DNA of 46,246 nucleotides from Catajapyx aquilonaris (lineage: Eukaryota): assembly GCA_000934665.2 (NCBI GenBank), contig JYFJ02000807.1, positions 62,001 through 108,246 on the forward strand, in the 5' to 3' direction. Below, in pieces: positions 11,543-25,030 of the stretch. The translations under genes and the position numbers were made by a program. The notes below the pieces were generated by a model, which saw only the letters and a program-made list of their open reading frames with translations, was not told the origin of the DNA and did no database searches. Numbering within the stretch: the stretch's first letter is position 1; each line of letters starts with the position of its first letter.

Positions 11543-13785
11543 AATTGCGATATACTTCAGAATTTTAGTAGTCGTAAGAGGAACAGAGATGCACATAATA
11601 ATTTATCATCACAAAAAACCTGCTTCATATCCAAGAAGTAACGTTGCATGGTTATGCACTGTATATGATATATAGCATGTTTGGCCAGGGGGTCCCAAAG
11701 GTGCATTGTGATCACCATTCACTTTGAGTCTTAGAACATCAATTGACTATTCTTAACTCGAGCAACTCATTGCATGGATTCATATCTCGGGCCTTCCACA
11801 TTTGGCAACAATGCTGGGCGTGACAGTTTGCAGGAGATGGGACCTATCTGGGCTTCATTCATGGCAACAGTAATAATATTCTTTACACGCATCTACGTTA
11901 ATTATTTAGATGGTAAGACTTGTTTAGCTGAAACCCCATCCTGTTGAATATTTGTTTCATGTCTTGTTCAGATATGACTGTTTGCTCCATTGATCCACAT
12001 GTTATCTGATGAGAGAATTTGAATTTAGAATATTCTCTTTTCTCTTATGACAGAGGTCGTACATATTGAAGAATGAAGATTTTATTCATTTCAGACTCTC
12101 AAGCAGTGACCAAGTTTGATGAAGAATGTGTGAGTGTAGGTAATTATTATTTTTTTGTGTTAATATTCGAATGGTTTTAGATCATCGTATAAAGAACCAT
12201 CAAAATATTCAATGAAAATGTAGTGTTTTGTGATGCATAGCACCAACAGAAATTATGATTCCATGTACCTGTAAATAAAATATTTACTTTGTGATGACCA
12301 TAATTGACGTTGCAGAGAATTGCAATGGGAGTTCAAAACGTGCTCAGTAATGCTCTGTAAAACATTGATTTGTGTTGCAAACTTTTCCTATTGTTTACGT
12401 AGAGATTTATATTGATTTCATGGGGGTGCTGAAGCAAAGGGATAATGTGTTGAATCTGCAAGGACGGTATATTATTATATGGGTTAGCAGTCTTGGGGAC
12501 GTCATCTAAAAATAGTGCTTGAAATCTTAAATGTTTTACTTTATACTAAATGTGTGTGCATGTATGTACAACAGTCATACACGTCCCATGTGTTTCCAAA
12601 TTTAGCTCACATCCATATCAATGAAAATTATGCAGCCACTCACCTCGGTTGCCTCATCTTCAAATTTTTTGCATAGAGTTATGTATACCATTGGCAAGCC
12701 CATTTAGTGAGCTTGTCAGTGATGGTGATGTGTTTGACACACTGCTGCACTTGAAGGTGAGACAACAAGAATGGCTGGTAATGATCTTGCATGAATGTAT
12801 GGATAAATAAGGATCCTGAAGTGACAATTTCGAAATCTACAGCCAGATGCACATGCCATCTTCCTACCTTCTGACAAAGCCAGAAACTCTTGGGTGTGAC
12901 TGCATATGTTAAAAGACATTGGCTGCACTTGGGGACTCTGTTGATGTGCTGACAAAAATTGTATCTGAAACCCACATTATTTTCCCTCGAGACTGCAAGT
13001 AAGGTCACACCAATTTTAGTAATGCCTGCACACAAAATTGACCAGTAAATGGCATGAACAGAAAGGTGTGATTATGTGGGCCCCACACCCCAGATTATTT
13101 AACTAGTTACTTTCATTCTTTTGTATTATGTATTAGTTTAAGGTAAATGGGTTATCTGGCCATTTAATGGCATTTTGTCGTGCATTTTTACTTCCCCCAT
13201 CCATTTGGCATTAACTGAACACTGCATGCATGAGAAGGCAGATTTTATTGACTGCATGAATTTTAATCATAACACCTGGAGTGGTTTTCTTTGGTGCAGT
13301 GGTTGTCATTTTATGAACTTCAGTCCAGAGGATGTCTAAATGTTTGTGTTGCCGTACAAGTAGTTGTACACGTAATAATTTGTTCCACTTTTTGTGCACA
13401 TGGTATTGTAATGAAAAGTAATAAAAGAAAAGGGGAAATCCTTAGTGTGATTTATTTTCTAAAATACTGTAGACAGTAAACACCCCAACTTGTCACAGAT
13501 GTCGCTTCTGCAGTAAAATGTGGACAACAAAAAAATGTAATGGAATGGTGGATCATGTACAAAGAAGGGAAAACAATCTCTTGGTCATGACAGGTAAGAG
13601 TATCTATTCTCTCAGTACATTTTGCATGACTGGATGTAACATGGAATTACCCAAGAATTTCTGTTTCATGTGAAAGCAGGTCTAGGTTATTGAAGCATTT
13701 GAAGGCAAAAATACTTCAATATTACAACAACTGGACAACTGTAGAGCAGTTGTGTGAGGGATATGGTCAGTTAAGAGAAGTATTT

Positions 13786-14036
13786 GAAGACCTCTGGAGA
13801 AGAACGATCAAGGTCCACTTTTTTTCAAAAATGAGTTACATGTCTCAGAAGACACTTTCACTAGTGTAGAATACTATGGTTTGGTCTTGGTTGTGGAGTA
13901 AAGATCATAGGTCACAACGGAAGTCCCCGAAAGTGGGATTTACCATGGAACCTTACTATAGGCCTTCGAAATTTAAAATAGGAAGATCTCAGTTTCACCT
14001 GAGGTGGACCTTGATCATTCTTCCCCTGAGGTCTTC
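13786..14036. mobile_element. MITE with GAAGACCT termini (Sola-like), copy 2
   Basis: Same family as 11290-11542 in opposite orientation; direct 4-bp flank ATTT on both sides (AWWT pattern). Confidence 0.75.
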
Positions 14037-14467
14037 ATTTAGGGTGAGGGATAACTACAGCAAGCAGCTTAGGCGAGATTGGGCACTTGGCTCTTACCTG
14101 TAATCACTGCTCCAGGAATTTTGATCAGTTAACTCATAGCTTGCTGGTGGTTTGTAGTTCTTGTTCCTCACGTTTTGCGGCTGTGTTGGATGTCCGTGTG
14201 GCATTTGCTGCTTTCCAGCTCTGCTAGAAGTGAACCCATTCTATAATACTCAGCCATCTCTTCAACCATCATTTCAGTGTATTTTCTGTACTTCATGTTG
14301 TACACTACTGTACCTTGCCATGGCCAACTCTGACCTTAATTCAAAGTTAGATCAAGTGTCATGAAATTCCAGTAGAACTTGGATACATGCAGTGGAGTGT
14401 CCCACTTCTCTCATCCAGGTCAACATTATTTGTGAGCACTTTCTGAACAACATGGTACTGTACTGTA

Positions 14468-14544
14468 CTATCGGAACAGAAATGGTCTGGACACTTGTCT
14501 TTGGTCAGCCTCCCGAAGTGTCCGGACCATTTTTGTGCCGATAG
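14468..14544. mobile_element. Very short palindromic MITE (CTATCGG termini)
   Basis: ctatcggaacagaaatggtctggacactt ... aagtgtccggaccatttttgtgccgatag, TA-flanked; same termini as 7601-7740. Confidence 0.7.
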
Positions 14545-14774
14545 TACATACTTAAAAACTGGAACAAGTCCTAGAGGAGGTGCAAGTATCCCTAGAGATG
14601 GCCGACATTTTTAATAAAAATGTTTCACAAAATAATACTTTTATTCCAAAAACGGTGTTACAATAGATTTAATAGCGATAATCTTGTTTCCTATATTTAC
14701 AACATTGGGGTGCTTTCAGTGCACTACAGTATTCCAAAAATATAACACTAGTCATCTAACCAGCATCGGTATGC

Positions 14775-17700
14775 CTACGACTGCTTATTGTCAGTATCGG
14801 GACGGACATGAGGAAAAAGCGAGTGATAGGACGGTAAAGGATCGGAATCGAGTGTTGTGTACGGCGGGGGAGGGTCGTACTGGGACCCATGACCTCCTCC
14901 TCCTCCCTCCCCCAGTAATTGTGCGGGGTCGCATTGATGAACCGCCATCTCCAACCGAGGTGCCGAGAGGATTACGGTGACATTGTCCGGAGTAGTGACC
15001 TGCAAGAGAGGGATGCCCTCAGGCGGGGATTGGAGGTATAGCTGAGGATGTGCACCGGACAGGTCGGTTGGAGGGTACCTGGTGTCGGTCAGGATGTCAC
15101 TCCGAGACATCCTAAGGTGGTGCCTCAGATCGTGAGTGCACTTAAGTAAGCACGATATTAAACTAATTATGCAGGCTAATATTATTCCGCCCGCAAATGC
15201 GTAAAGGAAATAAATGCCGGAGGATCTTCTCTCCTTGTCGGCCTGGTGTGCGACTTCGTGGTCCGGTCTGCTGCCTGCAAAAAAAAACAAAACAAACAAA
15301 CAAACAAACAAACAAACAAACAAACAAACAAACAAAATCTTATGAATTATGTAATTATAAGTTGGCCCTGTAGGCAGGCCCGCCTCCAGGCATAGACGAC
15401 ATAGGCAGCCGCCTATAGGGCACCGATTTTGGGAGGGCGCCACAAACTAAAGTTGATTATAACACTATGCAAGAATGCAACACAATTTTTGTCAATGGGA
15501 GTTCATCACTATTTCCATGTAATTTAGGTCACTCGTATGGGATCCCATAAATGACCATTCATTTTGTCTGAAATTTGTTTTTGACCTTGGGGGCAGTCAA
15601 AATATCAATTTCCTCGAAATGTAGGGGGCATTCCAAATCAAGTGGACCAAAATGAATACCGTGATGGGGAGGGGGCGCTCTAGAAATATTTTGGAAGAGG
15701 CGGAAAATGAGCCCTCTTTTGGAGATATACAGTATTTTGGTTAGTGGAAGTGGTCAAAACTCAATAAACATAATTATACCAGATTATACCCGTACTGTAT
15801 ATCAAATGAAAGAGGCAGAAGAGGAGAATGGGCATGTGGAATTTGTTTTCCTTGAAAATGCAGCTAGAAAAAAGTGTGTGTGGCATTCAATTTATCACAG
15901 TCATGTCCAACAATTTGGGTCCTTGAAAATTAATGCTAATATGTAATATACCGTATGTGCAAAACATTAATTTTTCTAATATTTTCTCGCGAACCATGTA
16001 TGAACCAGGCTTCAAACTGATCAACATATTATACATTGTGTGAATCACAACTGCCTCCCAATATGATTGATGTGATTCAAATCCTTGGACATGTGACATT
16101 GGAATCTCACACAAGTTTTTCTGGCTACATTCATGAGGAAAACGAATTCCATAAGCGCATTCTTATCGTCTTTCTCTATTATTAATATACATTGTTTATT
16201 TGGTTTTGATCACTTCCACTAATATTACCAAAAATATATCCAAAAGGCCTCATTCTCAAGCCTTTTCCAAAATTGCGCGATTTTGCCCTCTCCGTGACAT
16301 TACTAAATAAATAAAATAATAGTGAAACTTGATATGCAGCGTTATGTCATAGGTGCGTAGTCTATAGCTGTGATTTTTTTTCTCACCAAAATCAGAGATG
16401 GCCGAGCAACATTTGAACCTGAATGACCCCTATATATCGAGGAATTTAGTTTTTGACTGCCCCAAGGTCAAAAAGAAAGTTCAGACAAAATGAATGGTCA
16501 TTATAAGTTACGAGTGACCCAAGGAACACGGGAATAGCAACGAATTCCCGTGGACAACAGAAAGTTGATTTTTGTTGCATAGTACAATAGATCGTCATAT
16601 AATATGTTGCAGAGGGGGCGCCAAGTGTACTAATCGCGCCTAGGGCGCCGAAGGCGCTGGATCCGGCCCTGCCTGCAGGTTATGCTGTGCGGGATACAAG
16701 GGTGCGGTTGCATAACAGGTCAGGATGAGACTATTACACTGCACTGGTTGCTGGAGTAAATAAAATTTTCGCAACCCCGGACTTGACCCCTCGACCTGCA
16801 GACTTGACCAGTGCAGATTGAGTAATGAGAAATTCACGCCAGATCAGCGTGCATTACAACTTGAAAATGCATATTGCAGTTATACTTACTGGCCTGGAAT
16901 ATTTGCTTGCATTCATTCCCTTCTTTGATATAACCATGTCCGCATACAACCCGGACATTATCGCATCTGATATTCTTGCTAATGCATGTGTAGTCATTCC
17001 CTGTGCATTGCTTCTGTGGTCTCGCAGCACTTAAAGCAGGGCAAGCTATGGAGTATATAAGTAACAATACTGTACTCACACCTGATATTTGAGGACAGAT
17101 TAGTGGTGTTTCGCACTGTACCTCTGAACACGACGAAACCAAACTTCAACGCGATTGGCTCTTTGGTCTCCAACCATTCAAATTTAAATTCCACTGTGGT
17201 AAGTCCTTTCGCTGTTTGTCGAAGCATGTCTCCATCCTCTCCGACGTACACAAGCTGTCCTGGTTGAATGTGCACATCACCATTGAGGTTGCGATGGCCA
17301 CACATCCGTTTGGTTAGGTCAAACTGTCCAAGCGTTAAATGCACCATAAGTTTGGATTGTGGTACAAGAGATTATTTACGTATATCATACAGTACCTTAA
17401 CAAAATCTATACATTCTCCTTGACTGTCACTCCTCAGTGACATATGCTCAACAGTAACAAGTAGCTGATATGCATCGGGTGCTTGAATCTGAAGCGTGCA
17501 AGAAGTGTTGAAAGAGGTTTGAGGCACAGGGTTTATGGTCAGAGTCTGAGCTATTACTCCGGAACTGTTAGGCACTTTAACAGTCACCAGTTTCCTCTCA
17601 GTATTGAAAATGCATGAGTCAGGTTTTATGAAATCTGAAAGCACATTTGGTGGAATGAGACGTATAATGCATCAAAACACTATGGCTATACTGTATTTGG

Positions 17701-17786
17701 TACTTACAGTGCACGTACTCACGATCGTGATAGCCTGATATGTTGGTAATTACGATGAAGAAAATGAGGGCACATGCGTGTTTCAT
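14775..17786 (-). CDS. CUB-like/LDLa-like type-I membrane protein with tandem PY motifs, paralogue A
   Basis: Exons 17786-17708 (MKHACALIFFIVITNISG signal), 17634-17396 (..FNTSCTLQIQAP..CIDFVK), 17323-17122, 17045-16890 (CTGNDYTCISKNIRCD..CGHGY..GNEC), 15274-14775 (TM IYFLYAFAGGIILACIISLISCLL; PPPPY..LPSYHSLFP). Confidence 0.85.
15279..15337 (+). repeat. A-run plus (CAAA)n microsatellite forming the pyrimidine tract of paralogue A's last acceptor
   Basis: Run of A followed by repeated acaa, directly next to the 3' splice site at 15275-15276. Confidence 0.9.
15375..16671. mobile_element. hAT-type element with nested inverted-repeat elements, inserted in intron 4 of paralogue A
   Basis: Termini caggcccgcctccag / ctggatccggccctg; 8-bp TSD cctgtagg (15367-15374) / cctgcagg (16672-16679). 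Internal inverted arms at about 15465-15633 vs 16421-16582. Confidence 0.8.
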
Positions 17787-17827
17787 AGTATTTGTGCGAG
17801 GATTTTTCGAAGCACGATGTTTTCAGT

Positions 17828-17935
17828 GGCATGGCCAAAAATCTATATAAGGAGACTGAGTTGTGAGCATGAGTGGGAACATTTGTTGATTTAAAGGTTC
17901 AGACATGTATACCGCCTGGGGCCATCTTGAATCCA
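17828..17935 (-). promoter_or_regulatory. Conserved upstream cassette of paralogue A (shared by the tandem family)
   Basis: On the + strand: catggccaaaaatc, tgagcatgag, gccatcttgaatcca (YY1/Pho-like CAAGATGGC on the - strand). Equivalents at 20675-20770, 23354-23467, 26658-26740, 29221-29347 and partially 31576-31612. Confidence 0.65.
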
Positions 17936-19047
17936 TACTCAGCATTTCAAACGGTGCAGAGTACAGAGCCTGCCACTGCTGCCAGTAACCAGAATGGAAA
18001 AATCAATTTTACTTATTTATCACGCCCTAATTCTGGCGTTAATGTCAAGTGTAGTGGTCTGTATTAATGATGCGGCTATAATATTATTAATGCCACAGCA
18101 TTATTATGGGGGAATATATTAAAAATTTGCCCTCAATCCTACCCAATGTCGCATTATATTTTTCATCTTCTCATATTATTATTATTAGGGGATAATAAAG
18201 TGACACATTTATATTACAACAATATTTATAGTATTTAATTTTTCAGATATAATCCTGTTCAAACTTATGTTGCAAATATAATGGAGGGTTTACTTGGTTA
18301 ACTGTATGAATACATATTGTTATTTTACATGTACTTATATACCAATGACGTGGGCCATTGTTAAGTAGTTTTATTTAAGATGCATGTTACGAAGTTGGTT
18401 TTGACACATTAAACAATACGTCGACTATCAGAGGTTTAAATAAGCTATATCATGTGTGGTTTTTGTTCCATGAACTCACCCTTATTCAGAAAACCACTAT
18501 GCAGCATTTAATTGTTCACGAAAACGCATTAAAATTGACAGTATTCGTTATCAAGTTATAATTATTGATCTTCACCTTGCCAGACTGTGAAACTGTACAA
18601 CACTTGGCCTGATAAAAAACACAATTTCAGTACCTGTAATAAGGAATATGTATGTCTTTATACCAGAACAAGCGTTTGTATATGAAAAACAGTCAATTCT
18701 TGCCTCACCTCTGACTTCGAGCCCTTGATAACAGTGGCTAATTCATTCTTATGACACTAGCATTTAACATGTTGGAAGCTATCAAGCTTCTATATTTCAA
18801 GATGATGTAAAGATATTTGTCTCATTTTCTGTCCTATGAAGAATATTCTCTCAGCTCTTTGCAGCTCTTTCGAAGGACTCAATCGTATTTTCGCCATTGT
18901 TAGGTTTTTGATTTGGCATATCATACTTGCTTGTTGCGAATACTGTCCACCGCTTCAAGACTGCAAGAGTTACGCACATCCTATAAAAGTAACAACAAAA
19001 CACTGGCAGTGAATAAACAAAACCTGTCCATTTCACTCAAGTCCCGC

Positions 19048-20628
19048 TCATTTACAACATGGTTTTTCTTCATTCGGTGCAACAACATCAGGAAAGAGTG
19101 TCTCGTACGCAGGAGGAGGATTGTTGCTGGGCAGTTGAGCATAGGACGGTGGAGGATCCTCGATGGGTGCAACACACTGGTGGTCATCCCTTCTTCCCAC
19201 TGTGGGGCAGCTGCTGCCATCACTGGTAAGCGGCGGGGGTGAATCAGGCAGGGCCACGATGGTGTAGTCCTCGGCGCGATTCATCAGTGGCGCAGGCGGT
19301 CGCGCGCGTTCTGGTCGCGTGCGAGGTTGCGTCCGTCCAAGAATGCTCCTGTTGGATGACCGTACCACTCGCCTTGTGGATCGCAAGCGGTGACCTGCGT
19401 CGCGACAGCATTCGTGCAGCGAAGAGACGATGCCGAAGAGACAGAAGGTCAGCCATATCCTGCCTGCCAGGGTCAGGGCGAATGGCCACCTCGATGAGGA
19501 CTTCGGAACCTTTTCCCCTGGTTGGATGGGCCTGTCTGAAAATTATGAGGTGAGGTTAGAGTACGTACATTGCAGTTCCATCGCATGTAATAAAAATTCA
19601 CTTACTGGTTTTAGGGACATGCTTGCATCCATTTCCGTCTGCAACGTAACCAGGTCCGCAGTCAACTCGAAACACTTCGCACTTTAGAACTTCGTTAATG
19701 CAAAGATGGTCGTTTCCAGCGCACAACTTTGCAGTTTTCGGCACCCCGTAATCGGTACAAACTATCAGGAACCAACGTATATAGCGGTTATGACATTATA
19801 AAGTACAGATATCGTACTATGTATTCAAAGTTGTCTTACCTTCAAAAGTGGTAAAAGTGAGTTTTAAAGAGACACGCTCTCTTCCGTACTCCTTCCTGTC
19901 CAATCGATTGTCTGGTCCAAACTGCAAGTGTACTTGCATGGCGTCGTCTGAAGTATGTTGGTACAAATCGTCGACATGGGGACGTGCAGCAAAAACCTTC
20001 GGATACATGATTTGGTCTGGCCTGATGAATATTTCGTCATCGTAATTTCGTTGGCCACATAACGGCGCAGTCTCTGCGTGGTCATTGGCACCAAACTGCA
20101 AAAGGTTTTTTTTCCCCCTTTCATTAGAGGCGTCTTCGATCAATGACAACACTATAGCACCTCTCTTGCTACACGTGATGCTCGTTGAATTATTCACTTA
20201 ATTTTAAAGAAATATACGCAATGTGTCTTACCTTTAAATAGTCTATGCAGAGGCCGTTCTTCTCCTTCCTAAAATTCACCTCCTCCACAACAGCAAAGAG
20301 ATTCAATCCTTTAGGAGCCGCAACCTCAAATTTGCAAGAAGTGTTGTACGTGTGGTGAGTCACGTGATTGACTTGACTCATGTGTACTGTAACCCCGATG
20401 TAACCCTCCGGTACCATCAACGTACGTAACGTCGTTGGCTCCGTTCTCAAATCACATATATCTCGAATCGAGTCTGCAATAATTATATAACTAATTATTG
20501 TCTGGATTCCAGAGGTGAAATAAGGTCCTAATTGCTTGAGGGTACTTACAGTGCAAGTACTGGTATTTGTCGGAGTCCGCCGCCTTTGCTATGATGATGA
20601 CCAGCATGATAATTGAAGTGCGTTTCAT
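19048..20628 (-). CDS. CUB-like/LDLa-like PY-motif membrane protein, paralogue B
   Basis: Exons 20628-20550 (MKRTSIIMLVIIIAKAA), 20473-20232, 20095-19840, 19761-19606 (CAGNDHLCINEVLKC..CGPGY..GNGC), 19535-19048 (TM WPFALTLAGRIWLTFCLFGIVSSL; PPPSY..PPPAYETLFP). Confidence 0.85.
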
Positions 20629-21883
20629 GGTTTAGGGCTCAGGTGTCCGACTGGCAGATAGGCTATGTCAGGGGCATGGCAAAAATCTATAACTCCACTG
20701 AGCATGAGCGGACGTCACTTCCGAGATTGTGACAGAGAGTGCGGCGGGGATTGAGCCATCTTGAATCCACCTACATGCTGAAGTACATTATATAACTACT
20801 GTAGTTCTTTGTGCAGTTAAAAAAAATCCAATCGACTTTTTACTTGCTGTGTTCGTTGTTGTATAAGATCTCGTGACATTATACTGTTGGCATGCTGGGG
20901 GTATATAATTTCAAAGAAGGTCAACCTTATCTATATGTTATTTTTCATTTCTGCTATAGGCCCTACCCAACACACAGTTCGAAGTGGGATTTAAAAATCT
21001 TTATTGCGTGATAAATAAAAAGTTGCATTATAAATGAGAGCTTATCACACATATTTTTATTATAAAAACTTGAGAAATTTCTAGAAATATAGAACCTACT
21101 TAGACAATCCCAATGTTAAAACAGCGTTATTATAGGCTAGTAGCTTAAACTTTACCTGGAGATGTCCTACGACGCCGCTGTATAATATACCGTACCTCCT
21201 TATTATACTCCCCTTAATCATTGCTATATAACAGCCGATGCTTACTTCAGTATCAGCATTCATCCAAAATAGGGATGTAACCATCATTTTGTCCCCCACT
21301 GGGACTATGTCACTAAAAGGGGGTTGGGTCAGCAACTACGGATAAAATGTGCACAAGTGAAACATATGCTTCGAACAGAGTGTTGGTGTTTGTTTTGAAA
21401 AAGCACAAAATATTGTAGTGTATCACTGCAGTAGTTTTATTACGAGGTCTGCATAATACCAGCACTATTATGTATATTTTTGTGTATGTGAAGGCAATGG
21501 GGGGGGGGGGGGTATTTTTAAAAATTGCGTACTTTACTTGAAAATTCAGTCCATGTTGCTACAGTTCTTTTCCATAACTGTGTTGTTAGTGTCACTAGAT
21601 CAAATACGATGGTGCTACGAAGGCCCTAATTTGCATAATTTTTGTAGAAACGTCACATTAGGGAGCTCGCCTCTCATTTTATGCATATTAGTAGAAGTTG
21701 CCTTGTTGAGGTGATCTATTAATTTTTGGTGTATAAAACCTAGCTAATTTTATTGAAGTTGGAAATGGGGCTTCTACAAGGAAAATGTCAGAAAGTGATC
21801 ACTACACTATGCATGCACAGGCTCCTCATCATCACCATAATTATGAGTATAAAACCCGACATATAAATGCAATATTACAGTAG

Positions 21884-23307
21884 TTAAGAGTTTCTTCTGC
21901 TGCACATATCAGGAAAAAGTGATTCGTAAGGAGGAGGAGGGTTACTGCCGTGGACTTGAGCGTAAGATGGTGGAGGGTCGTGGTGGGAAGGACTGGGTTC
22001 GATCCTGGCTGACCCACGTGAGGTCATCAGGTCAGTTTCTGTGACAACGATGACGTCATCCGGAGGAGCACCTTCTGCTTGAGGCCTGGATTGCTGCAGT
22101 CGCGCTTGAGGAGACTGATACAGTCTCCTGTGAGACATAATGTCCTTATGGGAAAGTGTCTGCCTCCATGTGAAGTAGACAAAGCACAAGAGCAAGTAAA
22201 GGATCAGTCCACACACAAAAATAAATTTAATCGACAATATTCGACTTCCATCGAAACGTATTCCCAGTTCGTTCAATGAAGACTTGCCTGTAATGAAATG
22301 TTATTTTAATTGTCAGACACCATACACTATTGCAAAATTGCAGAAACATCAATTGTTTCTCTTAGTGTTATATGATAAGATGACTTACCTCCATTTCCAG
22401 GAAGTGATCTGCATTCGTTTCCAAAATTATAGTATCCTCGTCCGCAGTTAATACCACGCCTGCACTTCACATTTTCATTGATGCATACGATATCGTAGCC
22501 ATTGCATTTCTTCCAGTCCAATCTATTATCAGGAATGCAACCTGTTAAGGATAATACCATTAGCATAACTCAGGAACCAAGCCAAGAATTGCTCATCTGC
22601 CTTCAATATGGTAGCCAGAAAACTTACCTTCAAATGCGGTGAACACTAGTTTCATTTGAGGAACAATGACGTTTGAGCCTGATTTTTGCTCAGGTCCTAA
22701 ACTCATGTGCACCTTGATGACGCCATTGGATGTATCTTGAAACATGTGAGCCATGTGGAAGCCTTCATTTCTCGGTTTCAACTTGCCTGGTTTCACAAGC
22801 ACATCTCCAGAATAGAACACATTTCCACATGATGGTTCAGTCTCTTCACCATTAGCACTAAGCTGAAGGTCATTATAATAAATATTACTTACGTAAGTCA
22901 CACTTTGGGTCAAATCATACCTTAATGTAATCTGTACAGTTTCCATCCAGTTCTTGACGTAAGGACAAGCTTTCGATGGCTACAAATAAATTCAGGAATT
23001 TAGGGGCATGGACCTCAAATGTGCAAGACACGTTGTAAGGGAGGGTGCCATGCGTCCGTTTTATAGGAAGCATTTGAACTATCACCCCGTTGTAGCCATT
23101 AGGTACTGTGAGTGTACTGAACGTGGAAGCGTAGTAGCACACGTCATTCATGTAATCTGCAACACACACTTTGGTTAACAAGTTTTTGTCGTAAGCTAAC
23201 AAAATAATTATGAGGTTAATCGACTTACAGTGCCAGTAGGGGTAGGTGCCAAAAGCAGTCGTATTTACAAGGAGCATTGCTAGAGTGAGAAACGATGCTT
23301 GTTTCAT
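21884..23307 (-). CDS. CUB-like/LDLa-like PY-motif membrane protein, paralogue C
   Basis: Exons 23307-23229, 23156-22921, 22862-22628, 22541-22389, 22287-21884; TM FIFVCGLILYLLLCFVYFTW; PPPSY..PPPPYESLFP. Confidence 0.88.
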
Positions 23308-24418
23308 GGTCTGCCGTGGTCAATCTTCGAATCCACGGCGATGAGGACGTCGCCATTGCAAAAATCGATAGGACAATGAATTGAGCATGGGCGAAGCACG
23401 TGGCAGATTCAAGAGTATGCCGAAAGGCCCGGAGAGAATATGACTGGTTGGTGCCATTTTGAATCTATGGAGTTTACAATGGGAGTATGACGCAGGCTAA
23501 TAACTTACCACTGGGATTGTATAGGTGATCACAGTGAACTTCTCAGATGACAGACTGATTTCGAATTTTTATTCAGATATTGTGTAGGTTCGTATTTTGA
23601 GTGCCCACTTTGGCAGCTCTATTTGCTGGGAACAAACTGTTTTCTAATCACTAGCTATACAAACATATTATTTGACACTCTACAGTTCAAGATATTAAGT
23701 TTCCACCCTTACACAGAGTGCATTAGTTGTAGGAATGCCTACCAGTATATACGAGTATGACACAAATCTCGACTTGTGGACTCTGAAAAAATGCATAAAT
23801 TCAAGAGTCAGTATATTGTTGCCAATATAGTTTGAGAGGGAGGAGTTCGATTTGGGGAAGTTTAAGTTCTATCACTTTACAATGTCACCAAAAAGTCTAT
23901 ACAGGGTGTTTCACTAGGTAGTACCCCCAAAGAATGGGTGTCCATAACTGGAGCATTTGCACACTTGCATATAAAACATTTTTACGCGAAATTAGCGTGT
24001 TTAATGTGGAACGCGTATGCATTGGATGGAAGAGCAAGTCTCGACGATTCGAGTGGTATTTTTTTCGAGGAATTCTTAAATCAATTCAATTCCCCTGGAA
24101 GGAGTGTCCGACGTAATTTTTTTCCTTGACGTGTCCATCACTGGGACACTTACCTTATAATATCTTTGCTGTCGTGCGGAGTGAATCCTAATTAATAGCA
24201 TTGGTATTAATCCCCAAAATAAATACATTGCTTACGTAGATTAATATTGTAAACATAATGTCATGCTCACTTACTTTACAAGTTTTCTGCGTAATATTCA
24301 TTTATTTAGTAAGCTCATTTTATTTCAAAACTTACCTGAGTGAAGTTTCACTGTGAGGCATTCTGGTTCTGGTATAGCTTCTTGACTTCTGTGCTGAGCA
24401 TTTTTTTTAAAAGTAAAT

Positions 24419-24830
24419 GGGAGACGTAGTGGCGCTGTGGTAACGTATGAGCCCACGGATATAAGGGTCCCGGGTTCGATCCCCAGCCCGGGCTTTCCCC
24501 CCTTTATCTCATGCAGAGTTGGGTCGTCTCTGGCTACGTCTAGGGTGGTGATCCTTGACGTAACCACCCGGGGGAACTCACAAAATGTATCCATATTAGT
24601 CTTTCGTACTGCTCTTTGCACATCCCCTCCTAGTTACCCTGCCCGTGGGCCTGGGGGCTTCGTACAAGGCACCAGTTAATATTGAACTACATCAATATCG
24701 CTTGGGGCAATTAGTCCTCCCCGAATACCCCGTATTAAAGGGGTGGCAAGGGGTATATTTAAAAAATAATAATTTGAGAGTAACTCTGGACCAAAACAAG
24801 GGGTGGAGCTTCGCAGTGGAGAATAAAATC
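24419..24830 (+). mobile_element. tRNA-derived SINE (3' end approximate)
   Basis: A-box gtggcgctgtgg, B-box ggttcgatccc, body ending near aataaaatcaa; no clear TSD. Confidence 0.7.
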
Positions 24831-25030
24831 AATGTATAGTTGAAGGGTAAATAACGTAACGAGCATTTTGACCATTTTTTATTGACTGGACCAATATCAC
24901 CAAAGAGGGCCCACGCCATTACACTTACCGTACTGTACAAAAATGCGATTCACATGGACAGAAAATAAACAGCCTTTGATTGGCACACCAGATGATAGAA
25001 AAAGAAAATGAAGGGTCGTTATCTGTCTCA

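Noticed and set aside
12600..13050. Minus-strand ORFs ending near a gtgagt donor-like site
   Set aside because: No recognisable homology or consistent exon chain; possibly decayed TE.
15275..15443. Hydrophobic LFVCLFVC repeat in ORF 14775-15443 as an extra TM segment
   Set aside because: It is the translation of an intronic (TTTG)n microsatellite upstream of the true acceptor.
23900..23935. TACAGGGTG mariner-like end (similar ends near 9415 and 43665)
   Set aside because: No matching opposite terminus found, so element boundaries cannot be supported.
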